Source: an uncultured delta proteobacterium (GTDB lineage Bacteria > Bdellovibrionota > FAC87 > UBA2466). Taken from it: 64,000 nt of DNA. The position numbers and the translations under genes are program-made. How positions within the stretch are numbered: position 1 is the stretch's first letter; each line of letters begins with the position of its first letter. The stretch spans positions 1,408,001 through 1,472,000 of the forward strand of contig CAVZSV010000004.1 in assembly GCA_963778115.1 (NCBI GenBank). Reading direction: 5' to 3'. The notes under the pieces were generated by a model, which saw only the letters and a list, made by a program, of their open reading frames with translations, searched no databases and was not told the origin of the DNA. Positions 19,467 through 28,998 of this stretch are shown here, in pieces.

Positions 19467-20732
19467 TTAGTGCGCCGTAGGATCTACCACTCTACCCATA
19501 AAGACCGTAGTACCCGTTCCCAAATCTCGAATGAGGAACAAGAAGGGGTGATTCGCATTGAAAGGGATAGAGGGGATGAAGGCCGCACCTGAAATACCTA
19601 ATCCGGTTGCCGCCGCTGCTGTCGTTCCCGTTTCATCGACAGCAATGAAGGTCTTATGCTCGGCTTGCGAAATCGACAAGTCCGTTGCGCCGTCAATTCC
19701 TGAAAAATCCGCATTCCCTGAAAAGGCATCCACAACCCCAAGTGCTATCAAGGGGGTAATAAGTGAGAGATCTGTCGCGAATTGGAATTTGGGTAAGCTT
19801 AGGGCTATCTGAGTTGCTTGTAATTGAGTGGCCCAACTCGCTGTCGTATCGGCGGTGATGCCACTCTCAACGGTGCTAAGACCATTGACCGCATTTGGTA
19901 AAAATACATCCATCGCGTACCCGTTCGACGTATAGGGAATCTCAACGACTTCGTAGCCAGGCATCGATGCGTAGCCAAATTCTGAAGATTGATTCATCAT
20001 GTTCACTGACGTCGGAGTGACGCCGTTCACATAGAAAGTAGCGGGAGCCGTCGATGAGGCGAGAAAAGGAGAGTCCCAAGACCCTTTAAAATAGAGGGCG
20101 TTCACTAAGGCTAGTTTGGTGTTGGGGTCGATAGAATTAAAAATCGTCGGGATGAGTCCGTTCGTCTGGTTGCTAGTCCATTGGTTGATAGTTTGCAAAG
20201 CCGCTGCATTCTGCCCCATGAAATCTAACGTCGCAAATTGAGCAGCATAGTCCGAGGTAAGGGTGCCCGTGAAGGAGGGGAGAATGTCGAATCCTTGTTG
20301 TGCCCATGCCCCATTAGCCACGTCGATGGCGTAGCCGTCCTTGATGCCCCCGCAAACTACTTGATTCGTTAGGGATGCTTCGGCCGAATCATAATTAGTG
20401 ATACTTGTCGGAATTTCTAAAGCGGCAGCGATCTGAGCCGCCGTATTATTTTTGGCTCCGACGTGGACCATGGAGAGCGCTTCATCGACGCTATATCCCG
20501 AAATAAGTAAATTGCCCGAGCCTTGATCTATTTGAGAGTACAGAGCCAGAGTAAATCCGTTATTGGCCTGGGCAACCGCCGCGGTATCGGGAGATTTGGC
20601 CACCCCTTGTTGGTCCGCACAGAATGACTCAAGCTGTGTCAGACGCTGGGCCGGGACTTTACTATCACCACAACCGGCGAGAGTTATCAGAAGCAGGATA
20701 ACTAGTATTTTCGTGCGAATAATCGTGTCCAT
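19467..20732 (-). CDS. Serpin family lipoprotein
   Basis: Lipobox LAGC; NALYFKGSW, LPKF, hinge DETGTTAAAAT, FNANHPFLFLI, FMGRVVDP. Confidence 0.93.
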   Translation of the reverse strand: MDTIIRTKILVILLLITLAGCGDSKVPAQRLTQLESFCADQQGVAKSPDTAAVAQANNGFTLALYSQIDQGSGNLLISGYSVDEALSMVHVGAKNNTAAQIAAALEIPTSITNYDSAEASLTNQVVCGGIKDGYAIDVANGAWAQQGFDILPSFTGTLTSDYAAQFATLDFMGQNAAALQTINQWTSNQTNGLIPTIFNSIDPNTKLALVNALYFKGSWDSPFLASSTAPATFYVNGVTPTSVNMMNQSSEFGYASMPGYEVVEIPYTSNGYAMDVFLPNAVNGLSTVESGITADTTASWATQLQATQIALSLPKFQFATDLSLITPLIALGVVDAFSGNADFSGIDGATDLSISQAEHKTFIAVDETGTTAAAATGLGISGAAFIPSIPFNANHPFLFLIRDLGTGTTVFMGRVVDPTAH

Positions 20733-20877
20733 TGGCGAAGCCTCCTAACAGGGGAACATTTCTCTATCCATATTATTCTCTAAGACCGCTTCCGAAATGA
20801 ACTAAGATTTCGTGCCAGATGGACCAGAGGCAAAGCATCGGACGGAAGCTAGCGGAATGTGATACCTCCGCCGCTGT

Positions 20878-21672
20878 TCAGTGCGAATCGAATACCGGGC
20901 CGGTCGTCGACCGCCGTGTTTTCGCGAAATAAAGGGGGAGCAGGGCAAAGGCGAGCACGCCGATGATGACCCAGCAAATTTGATCGAAACTCATAACAAA
21001 CACTTGTGCCATCACACGGCCGTAGATCGATTTGACGGCCAGGGTGTCGGCGCTGCCAAGGCCAGTCTCCGTGCTCATACGGGAGAGAAGCAAGCCCTTC
21101 ATCCGGATGTAGTCGCCCCAAGCGGTCATATTGAGTGCGGAGACTTGGGGAAGTAGGTCGGTGTAGTTCTGCGCGCTGAGGCGGGCCAATAGGGTTGTGA
21201 GTGAAGCGATCCCGATGCTTTCTCCGATTTGCCGGAAGAAGTTCTGCATCCCGGCGACTTGTCCTAGCTCCTGCCCACGGAACTGACTGAGTACCATCGT
21301 GTTGATCGGCACAAAGAGGAAGGCCGCGGCGAGGCCCCGAAAGCTTAGAGGAACGAACATGTTGATCTGACCCGTGGCTGAATTGAAACTCGCCATCATG
21401 AACAGTGCTGTGATTCCAAATGAGATTCCGATAAAGACCAACAGCTTCGGGTTGACCCACCGACTGAGCAGGCCGACCGGCATCATTGCAAGGGCCGTGA
21501 TGATCGAAGGCGGAAGATAAAGTATACCGGTCTGCGTGGCATCGAGATGAACTGCTTCGGAAGCGAAGATCGGAATGATGAAGGTGAGTGAATAAAGCAT
21601 GATCCCCAGCATCAGCATGAGCGAGGTTCCGGAGCGGACGACGCTTTCTTTGAAAAGCCGCAGGTTCATGAA
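20878..21672 (-). pseudogene. DHA2/EmrB-type MFS efflux permease, C-terminal half only
   Basis: NLRLFK, QTGILYLP, NFFRQIGESIGIA, VMSFD are typical of the second half of 14-TM MFS. The 5' half is replaced by repeat A copy 3. Confidence 0.8.
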
Positions 21673-21791
21673 GCAAAAGGAGCAAAAGGAGCAAAAGGTG
21701 CCCGCCGACTTCCGGGACCCTTCTTCACCGCTTAGGTCCCAAAAGTCGACGGGCACCTTTTTTTGCACCTTTTTTTTTAGGCACCTTTTTT
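21672..21791. repeat. Palindromic repeat type A, copy 3, with reiterated ends
   Basis: AGCAAAAGG x3 (21672-21698), core palindrome, GCACCTTTTT x3. Confidence 0.9.
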
Positions 21792-21904
21792 CTCTTTTTG
21801 CTCGAATGGTGCTCATCCGCGAAAGGCGTCGAAGTTGCCCCTTCGGGGTTGAAGCCGCGACGCTTTTGGATATAGTCTGCTCCGATAGAAAGCGGAGTTT
21901 TAGA

Positions 21905-24900
21905 GTGCCTGTGGTCGTGCGAAATCAGCTCATCCTTCTTCTCTTATTTCTCGACTCCCTTTGTTTCGTGGCGGACTTGGCCCTCCCCAAAGGCTGGGTT
22001 ATCTGGGTTCTTTACCTTATCCCATGTATTTTAGCGCTCTTTGGTCCAAGCAAACTAACCCCTCTTATTCAGGCTGGCCTTTCCATTTTACTCACTTGGA
22101 TTGGATATCTGGGTTCGCCGGATTCCGGGCTACCCGAATCCATGGTGGTGGTGAACCGGTTAATAGGAAGTGCTTCCTTTCTTGCGACGGGAATCTTCGG
22201 TCGTGTCTTCGTGCAAAAAAAGATCCTGGTGGAACAGCTCGATTGGATTCGTGCGGGCCAAAATGAAATCCATGAGGCCATCCGGGGCGATCTTACTTTG
22301 ACGGAACTATCCGCGAAGATTCTAAACTTTCTCGTCTTCTATACCAACGCCAAAGCGGGCGTCTTTTTTGCCCGTCGAAGAGACGAAAGCGTAGTCCGGG
22401 AGGCTACCTTTGGAGTGACGAAAGATAAACTTGCCGCACCGAAAACTCTGAGTCCGAAAGAGGGCCTGGCGTGGGAAGCTGCGGAAACACGAAAAATCCT
22501 CGAAATAACAGATCCCCCTAAGGGTTATTTGCCCTTCGGTTCTGGATTGGGAAAATCCGACGCCACTCACATCATGATTATTCCCTTCTGCGTGGGTGAC
22601 CAGGTGTGCGGGGTTTGTGAGCTAGGGTTTATTGGCCCACCTAAGGGAATCCAGCACCGTTTTTTTGACGCGATCAAGGAGGCGATTGCGCTGACCCTTC
22701 GCTCCGCCAGAGACCGGGAGATCCAGTCCGAGCTTCTTCACGAGACGCAGCAGCAAGCAGAGGAGCTGAAATCGCAGCAGGAAGCGCTCCATGAGACAAA
22801 CGAGGATCTTCGGCAGAAGAGCGAAGAACTTAAGACTCAGCAGGAGGACCTGAGCCAAAAGAACGAAGAGCTCCAACAGCAACAGGCCACACTCGAAGAG
22901 CAGAAGGAGCAGGTGGAGGAGACAAACCGGGCGCTGGAAGAGACGAAAGACATGCTCGAAAAAAGAACGGAAGCGCTCATCTCGGCTAACCGTTATAAGT
23001 CCGAGTTCCTGGCCAATATGTCCCATGAGTTACGGACCCCGCTCAATAGCATCCTGATTCTCGCCAAACTCGTCTCAGAAGGAAAAGTGGACTCCTCGGA
23101 CGAATTGTCCGAGATGGGGGGCACCATTCATGCTTCCGCCGCCGATCTATTAAGCCTGATCAACGATATTCTGGATCTTTCAAAAATCGAAGCCGGCCGC
23201 TTGGAAGCCCGGCCACAGGAAGTGATGATTGCCAGAGTGGCTGATTCCCTGGGCAGGCACTTTCGACCGCAAGCCCAACCGAAGGGGATCTCTTTCGAGG
23301 TGGTGTTCGAAGAGGAGGCCCCTGAGCGCATCATCACCGACAAGACTCGACTAGAACAGATCCTGCGTAACTTCTTGTCCAATGCTTTCAAGTTCACGGA
23401 GGTGGGAGAGGTCGTGTTGCAATTTAGAAAGCCGACGCCGCGAGAAATGAAAGACGATGCACCTTACCTTGCGATCGAGGTAAGTGATACGGGAATAGGG
23501 ATTTCGGATGACAAACAGGGCCTGATTTTCGAAGCGTTCCAGCAGGGGGATGGATCTGTCAGTCGAAAATTCGGCGGAACAGGGCTGGGGCTCACCATTT
23601 CGCGGGAGTTGGCAAACCTCTTGGGTGGAAGAATCGCGGTTCAAAGCGCTGTTGGCAGGGGCAGCTCCTTTACGCTTTTTCTTCCGGAACACATTCCTGT
23701 TCGGAAGGATTTCGGAGACGATCAGACCGCAACGAGCTCGGCTTCTATTTTCCCTCCGAAAGAAGAGCGTGATGAAACCCAGCCCCCCGAAGAAAAATCC
23801 CAATCCAAGCATCCCTCGCAAACTCTCGCCGATGACCGAGAAAATCTTGGCCTGAACGATAAGCGCGTCCTGATCATTGAGGACGATCCGAGTTTTTCCA
23901 AAATCTTGGCGAATCTTTGCCGGAAAAAGGGGTTTAAATGTATTCACGCCTCAACCGGGGAGGCGGGGTTGGAAGATGCGATGAGATTCTTACCGCACGG
24001 GATCATCCTGGACATTCGACTTCCGGGTAAGAGCGGCATCACTGTTTTAAACGAGTTAAAGCGCGACCCCAAGACCCGGCATATCCCCGTCGAAGTCCTA
24101 TCGGTCGAAGACGTGGAATCTCAGGTTCTCAAAATGGGGGCCGTGGGTTTCGTGTCCAAGCCCATGACCAGCGAAGAATTAGATGAGGCTTTGGACGTCA
24201 TCGAGACACAAATGCATAGAACCGCGTATCACGTTCTCATCGTGGAAGATAATGAAGTCGAGAGCCTGGCCATCCAAAAGCTAATTGGCAATGGAATCGT
24301 GAAATCGCAGGCGGTGAGTTCCGCGGAAGAGGCCCTCGGAGCGTTAATGGAACGAAAGTTTGACTGCATTATCCTTGACCTCAAGCTCGCTAACAGCACG
24401 GGGTTTGAGCTTCTGGAAACACTCAGCCGGAACTGTTCAGTTCACCTGCCTCCGGTTATCGTCTACACGGGAAAGGATCTTTCGAAAGAAGAGGAGGAGA
24501 AGCTCGAGAAATACTCGGAGTGTATTATCATCAAGGGTGCAAAATCCCCGGAGCGGCTTCTGAATGAAGTAACGCTTTTCCTTCACCGTATCGAAGAAGA
24601 GTTGCCCAAAGAGCAGCAGGCCATGCTGGAAAGTGTGCGCCACCGGGAAGACATCTTCGACGGAAAGAAAATTCTGGTGGTGGATGATGACATGCGAAGC
24701 GTATTTGCCTTGAGAAACGTCCTCAGGAAACGGGGGTTCGAATTAATGACCGCAAAAAATGGCAAGGAAGCGCTCGATATATTGGAACGGCACCCTAACG
24801 TGGACCTGGTTCTGATGGATATCATGATGCCAGAGATGGACGGGCTAGAAGCCACCAGAAGAATTCGTGCCCGCCGGGATTTTCAAAGACTTCCGGTAAT

Positions 24901-25030
24901 AGCCCTTACGGCGAAGGCCATGAAAGGAGACAGGGAAAAATGTTTGGAAGCCGGTGCGAACGATTACCTTTCAAAGCCCATAGACACCGATAACCTCATT
25001 TCGCTGTTACGAATATGGCTGACCCGGTGA
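21905..25030 (+). CDS. Membrane hybrid histidine kinase (TM-GAF-coiled coil-HisKA-HATPase-3xREC)
   Basis: FLANMSHELRTPLN, NFLSNAFKFT, DTGIGI, GGTGLGL and three REC domains. The ORF-track start 21599 is an artefact of repeat read-through; GTG 21905 follows GGAG. Confidence 0.9.
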   Translation: MPVVVRNQLILLLLFLDSLCFVADLALPKGWVIWVLYLIPCILALFGPSKLTPLIQAGLSILLTWIGYLGSPDSGLPESMVVVNRLIGSASFLATGIFGRVFVQKKILVEQLDWIRAGQNEIHEAIRGDLTLTELSAKILNFLVFYTNAKAGVFFARRRDESVVREATFGVTKDKLAAPKTLSPKEGLAWEAAETRKILEITDPPKGYLPFGSGLGKSDATHIMIIPFCVGDQVCGVCELGFIGPPKGIQHRFFDAIKEAIALTLRSARDREIQSELLHETQQQAEELKSQQEALHETNEDLRQKSEELKTQQEDLSQKNEELQQQQATLEEQKEQVEETNRALEETKDMLEKRTEALISANRYKSEFLANMSHELRTPLNSILILAKLVSEGKVDSSDELSEMGGTIHASAADLLSLINDILDLSKIEAGRLEARPQEVMIARVADSLGRHFRPQAQPKGISFEVVFEEEAPERIITDKTRLEQILRNFLSNAFKFTEVGEVVLQFRKPTPREMKDDAPYLAIEVSDTGIGISDDKQGLIFEAFQQGDGSVSRKFGGTGLGLTISRELANLLGGRIAVQSAVGRGSSFTLFLPEHIPVRKDFGDDQTATSSASIFPPKEERDETQPPEEKSQSKHPSQTLADDRENLGLNDKRVLIIEDDPSFSKILANLCRKKGFKCIHASTGEAGLEDAMRFLPHGIILDIRLPGKSGITVLNELKRDPKTRHIPVEVLSVEDVESQVLKMGAVGFVSKPMTSEELDEALDVIETQMHRTAYHVLIVEDNEVESLAIQKLIGNGIVKSQAVSSAEEALGALMERKFDCIILDLKLANSTGFELLETLSRNCSVHLPPVIVYTGKDLSKEEEEKLEKYSECIIIKGAKSPERLLNEVTLFLHRIEEELPKEQQAMLESVRHREDIFDGKKILVVDDDMRSVFALRNVLRKRGFELMTAKNGKEALDILERHPNVDLVLMDIMMPEMDGLEATRRIRARRDFQRLPVIALTAKAMKGDREKCLEAGANDYLSKPIDTDNLISLLRIWLTR

Positions 25031-25872
25031 AAAAAGAAGAGAGCTTAAGACCCCGCGATACGGAAGACATAGAGGTATCAACGATCTCGCAAGCCATCTT
25101 TGAAAAATATGGGTACGATTTTCGTCGTTACTCCAAAGCTTCGTTGAAACGAAGGCTTATCAATATCGCGGATAAACAGGGTTTTGAAAGTATTTCCGAA
25201 CTCCAGCACGGAATCTTGAGAGACTCTGCGCTCTTTTCCAGAATCTTGGCCGATCTCACAGTTACGGTCACCGAATTTTTCCGCGATGGCACCCTTTTCC
25301 GAGTGATCCGCGAGAAGGTGGCGCCCCACTTGCATACCTATCCTCAAATTAAAGTGTGGCATGCCGGTTGTTCGAGCGGTGAAGAGGTGGATTCGATGGC
25401 GATTACGCTGCATGAGGAAGGGCTTTTAAGCCGCTGTCTTATATATGGGACGGATATCAATCTCGCGGCGCTTCGCAGGGCGCGCCGCGGGATCTATCCA
25501 TTGGAAGCGGTTCGAAAAGCCACTCAGAATTATTTTCTGGGGGGAGGGAAAGAGAGCCCGAGCCGATACTTCACGACGAAACACGGCGCTGCCCTTCTCA
25601 ATCCCTTTTTGCGAGAGAGGGTTCTTTTTTCGGATCACAATCTTGCGACCGACACATCTTTCGCGGAGGTCCAGCTTCTTGTCTGCAGGAACGTCCTTAT
25701 CTATTTCGATTCTGAGCTTCAGGAACGGGCACTTGAACTTTTCGCACTCAGCCTCTCGGCCGGAGGTTTCCTGTGTTTGGGGTCCAAAGAAAGCCTTCAA
25801 ACTTCAAAGGCATCCCGATGGTTTGAAACGGTCGACGCAACAGAGCGCATCTATCGGAAGCGGATTTGTTAG
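25015..25872 (+). CDS. cheR: CheR-type protein-glutamate O-methyltransferase
   Basis: YGYDFRRY, VTEFFRD, WHAGCSSGEE, CRNVLIYFD, LCLGSKES. Confidence 0.92.
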   Translation: MADPVKKEESLRPRDTEDIEVSTISQAIFEKYGYDFRRYSKASLKRRLINIADKQGFESISELQHGILRDSALFSRILADLTVTVTEFFRDGTLFRVIREKVAPHLHTYPQIKVWHAGCSSGEEVDSMAITLHEEGLLSRCLIYGTDINLAALRRARRGIYPLEAVRKATQNYFLGGGKESPSRYFTTKHGAALLNPFLRERVLFSDHNLATDTSFAEVQLLVCRNVLIYFDSELQERALELFALSLSAGGFLCLGSKESLQTSKASRWFETVDATERIYRKRIC

Positions 25873-25880
25873 AGGGTACG

Positions 25881-26486
25881 ATGGAGAAAAGACATTTTAG
25901 CCTGGTCGTCGTGGGAAGTTCGGCGGGAGGACTCAAAGCCTTACAAAAAGTTCTTTGCGGTTTACCGAGGAATTTCCCACTACCCACCGTCGTCGTACAG
26001 CACCTCCTGCCCGCTTCGCGCACGCTTCTTCCCGATTTATTGGCGCGGCATTGCGAACTTAACGTCAAGGAGGCCGAGGACAAAGAAAGTCTAAAGCCAG
26101 GAACGATTTATATCGCACCGGCCAGTTACCACCTTTTTGTAGAACGCGGCCTCACGCTCGCCCTTTCCCAGGACGAGAAGGTGAGTTTCGCAAGACCTTC
26201 CATCGATGTGCTCTTCGAATCGGCGTCGGAAGCGGTGGGCGCCGGGTTGATTGGTATTGTTCTGACGGGAGCGAACGCCGATGGCGCGCGGGGGGCAAAG
26301 AAGGCGAAAGAGCGGGGGGCGGAAATTATTGTTCAGGCTCCTGAAACGGCTGAGGTGCCGGCGATGCCGGAAGCGGTCATTCGCCTGGCCCAACCTCAGC
26401 AGGTAGTGCCATTGGATAATATTTCCACCCTGCTATTAAGAATGACGAAAGAGATAGTTCCTGATAGCACTTCGAGTCATCCATGA
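25881..26486 (+). CDS. cheB: CheB-type methylesterase (catalytic domain only)
   Basis: GSSAGG, VVQH, RPSIDVLFES, LTGANADG, PAMP. Confidence 0.92.
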   Translation: MEKRHFSLVVVGSSAGGLKALQKVLCGLPRNFPLPTVVVQHLLPASRTLLPDLLARHCELNVKEAEDKESLKPGTIYIAPASYHLFVERGLTLALSQDEKVSFARPSIDVLFESASEAVGAGLIGIVLTGANADGARGAKKAKERGAEIIVQAPETAEVPAMPEAVIRLAQPQQVVPLDNISTLLLRMTKEIVPDSTSSHP

Positions 26487-27634
26487 TTCCAAGGCTTGTG
26501 CATAGCGGGTACCCGAATCCAGACGGCGCGCGGGTGCTTGCAATCGATGATAAGCGTGAAAACTTGTATGCCTTGGAAAAACTTCTGAAGGATTTAAATA
26601 TTGAGTTCGTTGCCGCCTATTCACCCAATGAAGGTTTGGCCAAAGCGCTGGAGCAGGAATATGCGTGCATTCTTCTCGACGTCCGAATGCCTGGGATGGA
26701 TGGGTTCGAAGTGGCGCGCCTTCTTCGTGAAGATGATGAGACAGCCCAGATGCCCATTATTTTTCTCACAGCGAGCCTTCGCGGGAGTGAGGATATCTTT
26801 CGCGGGTACGCAGTCGGTGCCATCGATTATCTTGTCAAGCCTTTGGACCCCAGTGTTTTAAAGAGCAAAGTGAGTGCCTTCGCAGCACTCTACCTTCAAC
26901 GCAGGGAGCTTAAGCGACTCAATGAAGAACTAAAGCGTTCCAACGACGATCTGGAACGCTTTGCCTATTTGGTTTCTCATGACCTAAAACAGCCGCTTAG
27001 AACGATCAACACTTATTGCTCGATGGCGGAAAAGGCGTCGAGTTCCGTGCTCAAGTCGCAAGACCTTCAATGGATTTCATCGGCAGCCTCGGCGGCCAGA
27101 AGGGCTTCGGAAACCGTTGAAGACATCTTATCTTTTTCAAGATTAGTACGAGATCCCGCCCACATTGAGCAGGTCAATGTGCAGACCATCGTTTCCGAGG
27201 TCACAACGGATCTCGAGGTCTCTATTCGAGAGTGCGGCGCGGTCGTAACTACTTCCTCCCTTCCGGAAGTGATGTCTAGTCAGGTTCATCTGCATCGCAT
27301 TTTTCAGAACCTGATACAAAACGCCCTAACCTACCGAAAAGCGGACGTCTCTCCGGAAATTCACGTCAGCGCGCGAAAAGAAGCTAATAGCTGGTTTTTT
27401 TCCGTCAAGGACAATGGGATCGGGATCGCCCGGGAACATTTTGAAAAAATATTTGGCTTCTTCCAAAGGCTTCACGGTCCGGACCAGTATGGCGGAACTG
27501 GCTTGGGACTTGCCATTTGCAAGCGTATTTTAGAAATCCACGGGGGCGCCATCTGGTTGGAGTCTGAAGAGGGCGTGGGATCGGTTTTTCACTTCACCAT
27601 TCCGATATTTCCGGTAGGTACTGCCCCTCACTAA
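26483..27634 (+). CDS. REC-histidine kinase
   Basis: N-terminal REC (LLDVRMP), SHDLKQPL, FQNLIQNA, DNGIGI, GTGLGLAIC. Confidence 0.9.
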   Translation: MIPRLVHSGYPNPDGARVLAIDDKRENLYALEKLLKDLNIEFVAAYSPNEGLAKALEQEYACILLDVRMPGMDGFEVARLLREDDETAQMPIIFLTASLRGSEDIFRGYAVGAIDYLVKPLDPSVLKSKVSAFAALYLQRRELKRLNEELKRSNDDLERFAYLVSHDLKQPLRTINTYCSMAEKASSSVLKSQDLQWISSAASAARRASETVEDILSFSRLVRDPAHIEQVNVQTIVSEVTTDLEVSIRECGAVVTTSSLPEVMSSQVHLHRIFQNLIQNALTYRKADVSPEIHVSARKEANSWFFSVKDNGIGIAREHFEKIFGFFQRLHGPDQYGGTGLGLAICKRILEIHGGAIWLESEEGVGSVFHFTIPIFPVGTAPH

Positions 27635-27662
27635 TAATCTACCGTTTCGCACAGGTTGACGA

Positions 27663-28745
27663 TTGGAGCAAAAGGTGCCCGTCGACTTCCGGGACCCTTC
27701 TTCACCGCTTAGGTCCCAAAAGTCGACGGGCACCTTTTTTGGCACCTTTTTTCCCAAGGCGTTTTCTTCCAGAAGAGATGCGGAGGTATATGAAACCGAT
27801 CTAAAAAGACAGAAGCATTCCGGAGAGCACGTCACCAATCGAGCCAAGTACATTACGTTCGATGAATACTTCGTTCAGTGGTTTGAAACTCGAAAGAATC
27901 AAGCCACGGATGGATGGCGGAGAACGCAATTACATTTCTACCGCGATCATGTTCGTGAGGTCTTAGGCCGATTAACTCTGGCTTCGGTCTCTCCCCAGCA
28001 TGTCGCTAGGGTTCTCAATCAGATGGCAGAAAAGAAGCGCTCCGAACAGACCCGACTTCATGTTTACTCTTTAATGAGAAAGGCGTTCGGAGATGCGATC
28101 GAGATCTTTCACCTGATACACATCAATCCGGTTCACCGGTCTTTTAAACCAAGACTCCCCCAAAAGGAGGCGAGGTTTTTATCCGTGGACGAGGTGAGAA
28201 AGTTACTATTGCACGTACAAGGATCCCCTTATGAAATCGCCGTCTGGCTTGGAGCCTATATGGGCCTGAGAGTCGGTGAGATTCAGGCGTTACGATGGGA
28301 AGATGTCGATTTAGATCGGCAGGTTCTCCATGTGCGCCAGTCTTACTCAAAAGCAGACAGTGTAATGCGTGAGTACCCAAAGGGACGTCGACAGCATTCT
28401 CACCGCATTCCTGGGGAGCTTTTGGCCAAGCTTGGGACTCTGCCGCGATCAGAGAGTACGGACTTGGTCGCAGCTCCGGCTGGTTGGAAGATGCTCGACT
28501 ACTCGAAATACCGAAGAGTGCTTGAGCAGTTCTGCCGGGAAGCAGGTGTCCGGTCCATTGCGACTCATGGTCTGCGGCATTCGAGTTCGGAAGTCTGGAT
28601 GGAAGCGGGGGCGAGTCGAGATGATCTTCGGATCCTCTTCGCGCATCAGGACAGTAAGACGACCGACCGTTACATCCACGATCGCGGAGATCGATTGTCT
28701 AAAGTGGCCGATGTTCTCCAACTGTTTCCCAGGAAAGCGCAGTGA
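27663..28745 (+). CDS. Tyrosine recombinase/integrase, native N-terminus apparently replaced by repeat sequence
   Basis: Catalytic residues GLRVGEI (R), PKG (K), HGLRH (H-x-x-R), AHQD (H), RYIH (Y). The first ~30 codons are repeat A. Confidence 0.85.
   Translation: MEQKVPVDFRDPSSPLRSQKSTGTFFGTFFPKAFSSRRDAEVYETDLKRQKHSGEHVTNRAKYITFDEYFVQWFETRKNQATDGWRRTQLHFYRDHVREVLGRLTLASVSPQHVARVLNQMAEKKRSEQTRLHVYSLMRKAFGDAIEIFHLIHINPVHRSFKPRLPQKEARFLSVDEVRKLLLHVQGSPYEIAVWLGAYMGLRVGEIQALRWEDVDLDRQVLHVRQSYSKADSVMREYPKGRRQHSHRIPGELLAKLGTLPRSESTDLVAAPAGWKMLDYSKYRRVLEQFCREAGVRSIATHGLRHSSSEVWMEAGASRDDLRILFAHQDSKTTDRYIHDRGDRLSKVADVLQLFPRKAQ
27665..27752. repeat. Palindromic repeat type A, copy 4
   Basis: 27665-27740 is identical to 21688-21763 at 75 of 76 positions; extra GGCACCTTTTTT tail. 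Confidence 0.9.
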
Positions 28746-28748
28746 GAG

Positions 28749-28768
28749 TTTCCACGGAATTTCCACGG
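28749..28768. repeat. TTTCCACGG direct repeat x2 (candidate integrase arm-type sites)
   Basis: Two 9-mers 11 bp apart between the integrase stop and the tRNA 3' end. Confidence 0.45.
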
Positions 28769-28836
28769 CGATGAAAAATGGGAACAAAAAAAATCGCGGA
28801 CGATTCATTCGTCAGCGATATCAAAACTTTAGAATA

Positions 28837-28910
<74 letters not shown>

Positions 28911-28998
28911 AAAGTAAGAAACAAAGATGTTCCGGATACTTGCATTAGCCTGATTTTATTGTCAATCGCCGATTAAACCAGGGGAAAATTGTCCAATT

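Larger units (their letters stand above)
13220..28836. mobile_element. Probable decayed genomic island at tRNA-Pro (left boundary uncertain)
   Basis: Integrase abutting the tRNA 3' end, IS remnant, truncated genes and repeat-bounded accessory genes. No duplicated tRNA fragment seen. Confidence 0.55.

Noticed and set aside
20801..20817. sigma54 motif upstream of the serpin (TGGCACGAAATCTTAG)
   Set aside because: The -24 box is perfect but the -12 GC is missing.
20849..21694. 281-aa minus-strand ORF and many other short overlapping ORFs in the track
   Set aside because: They are alternative-frame or antisense shadows of genes with clear family motifs.
2614..27660. Second att site (duplicated tRNA-Pro 3' end)
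   Set aside because: Not found by eye. A lone TTTCCACG at 9684 is too short to be meaningful.
13220..27752. CRISPR array
   Set aside because: The repeats are 65-120 bp, irregularly spaced and separated by whole genes. There are no regular spacers and no cas genes.
13220..28745. Classical integron (attC array + IntI)
   Set aside because: The repeats lack RYYYAAC/GTTRRRY ends, cargo lies in both orientations, and the integrase shows no recognisable IntI-specific insertion and looks like a tRNA-targeting island integrase.
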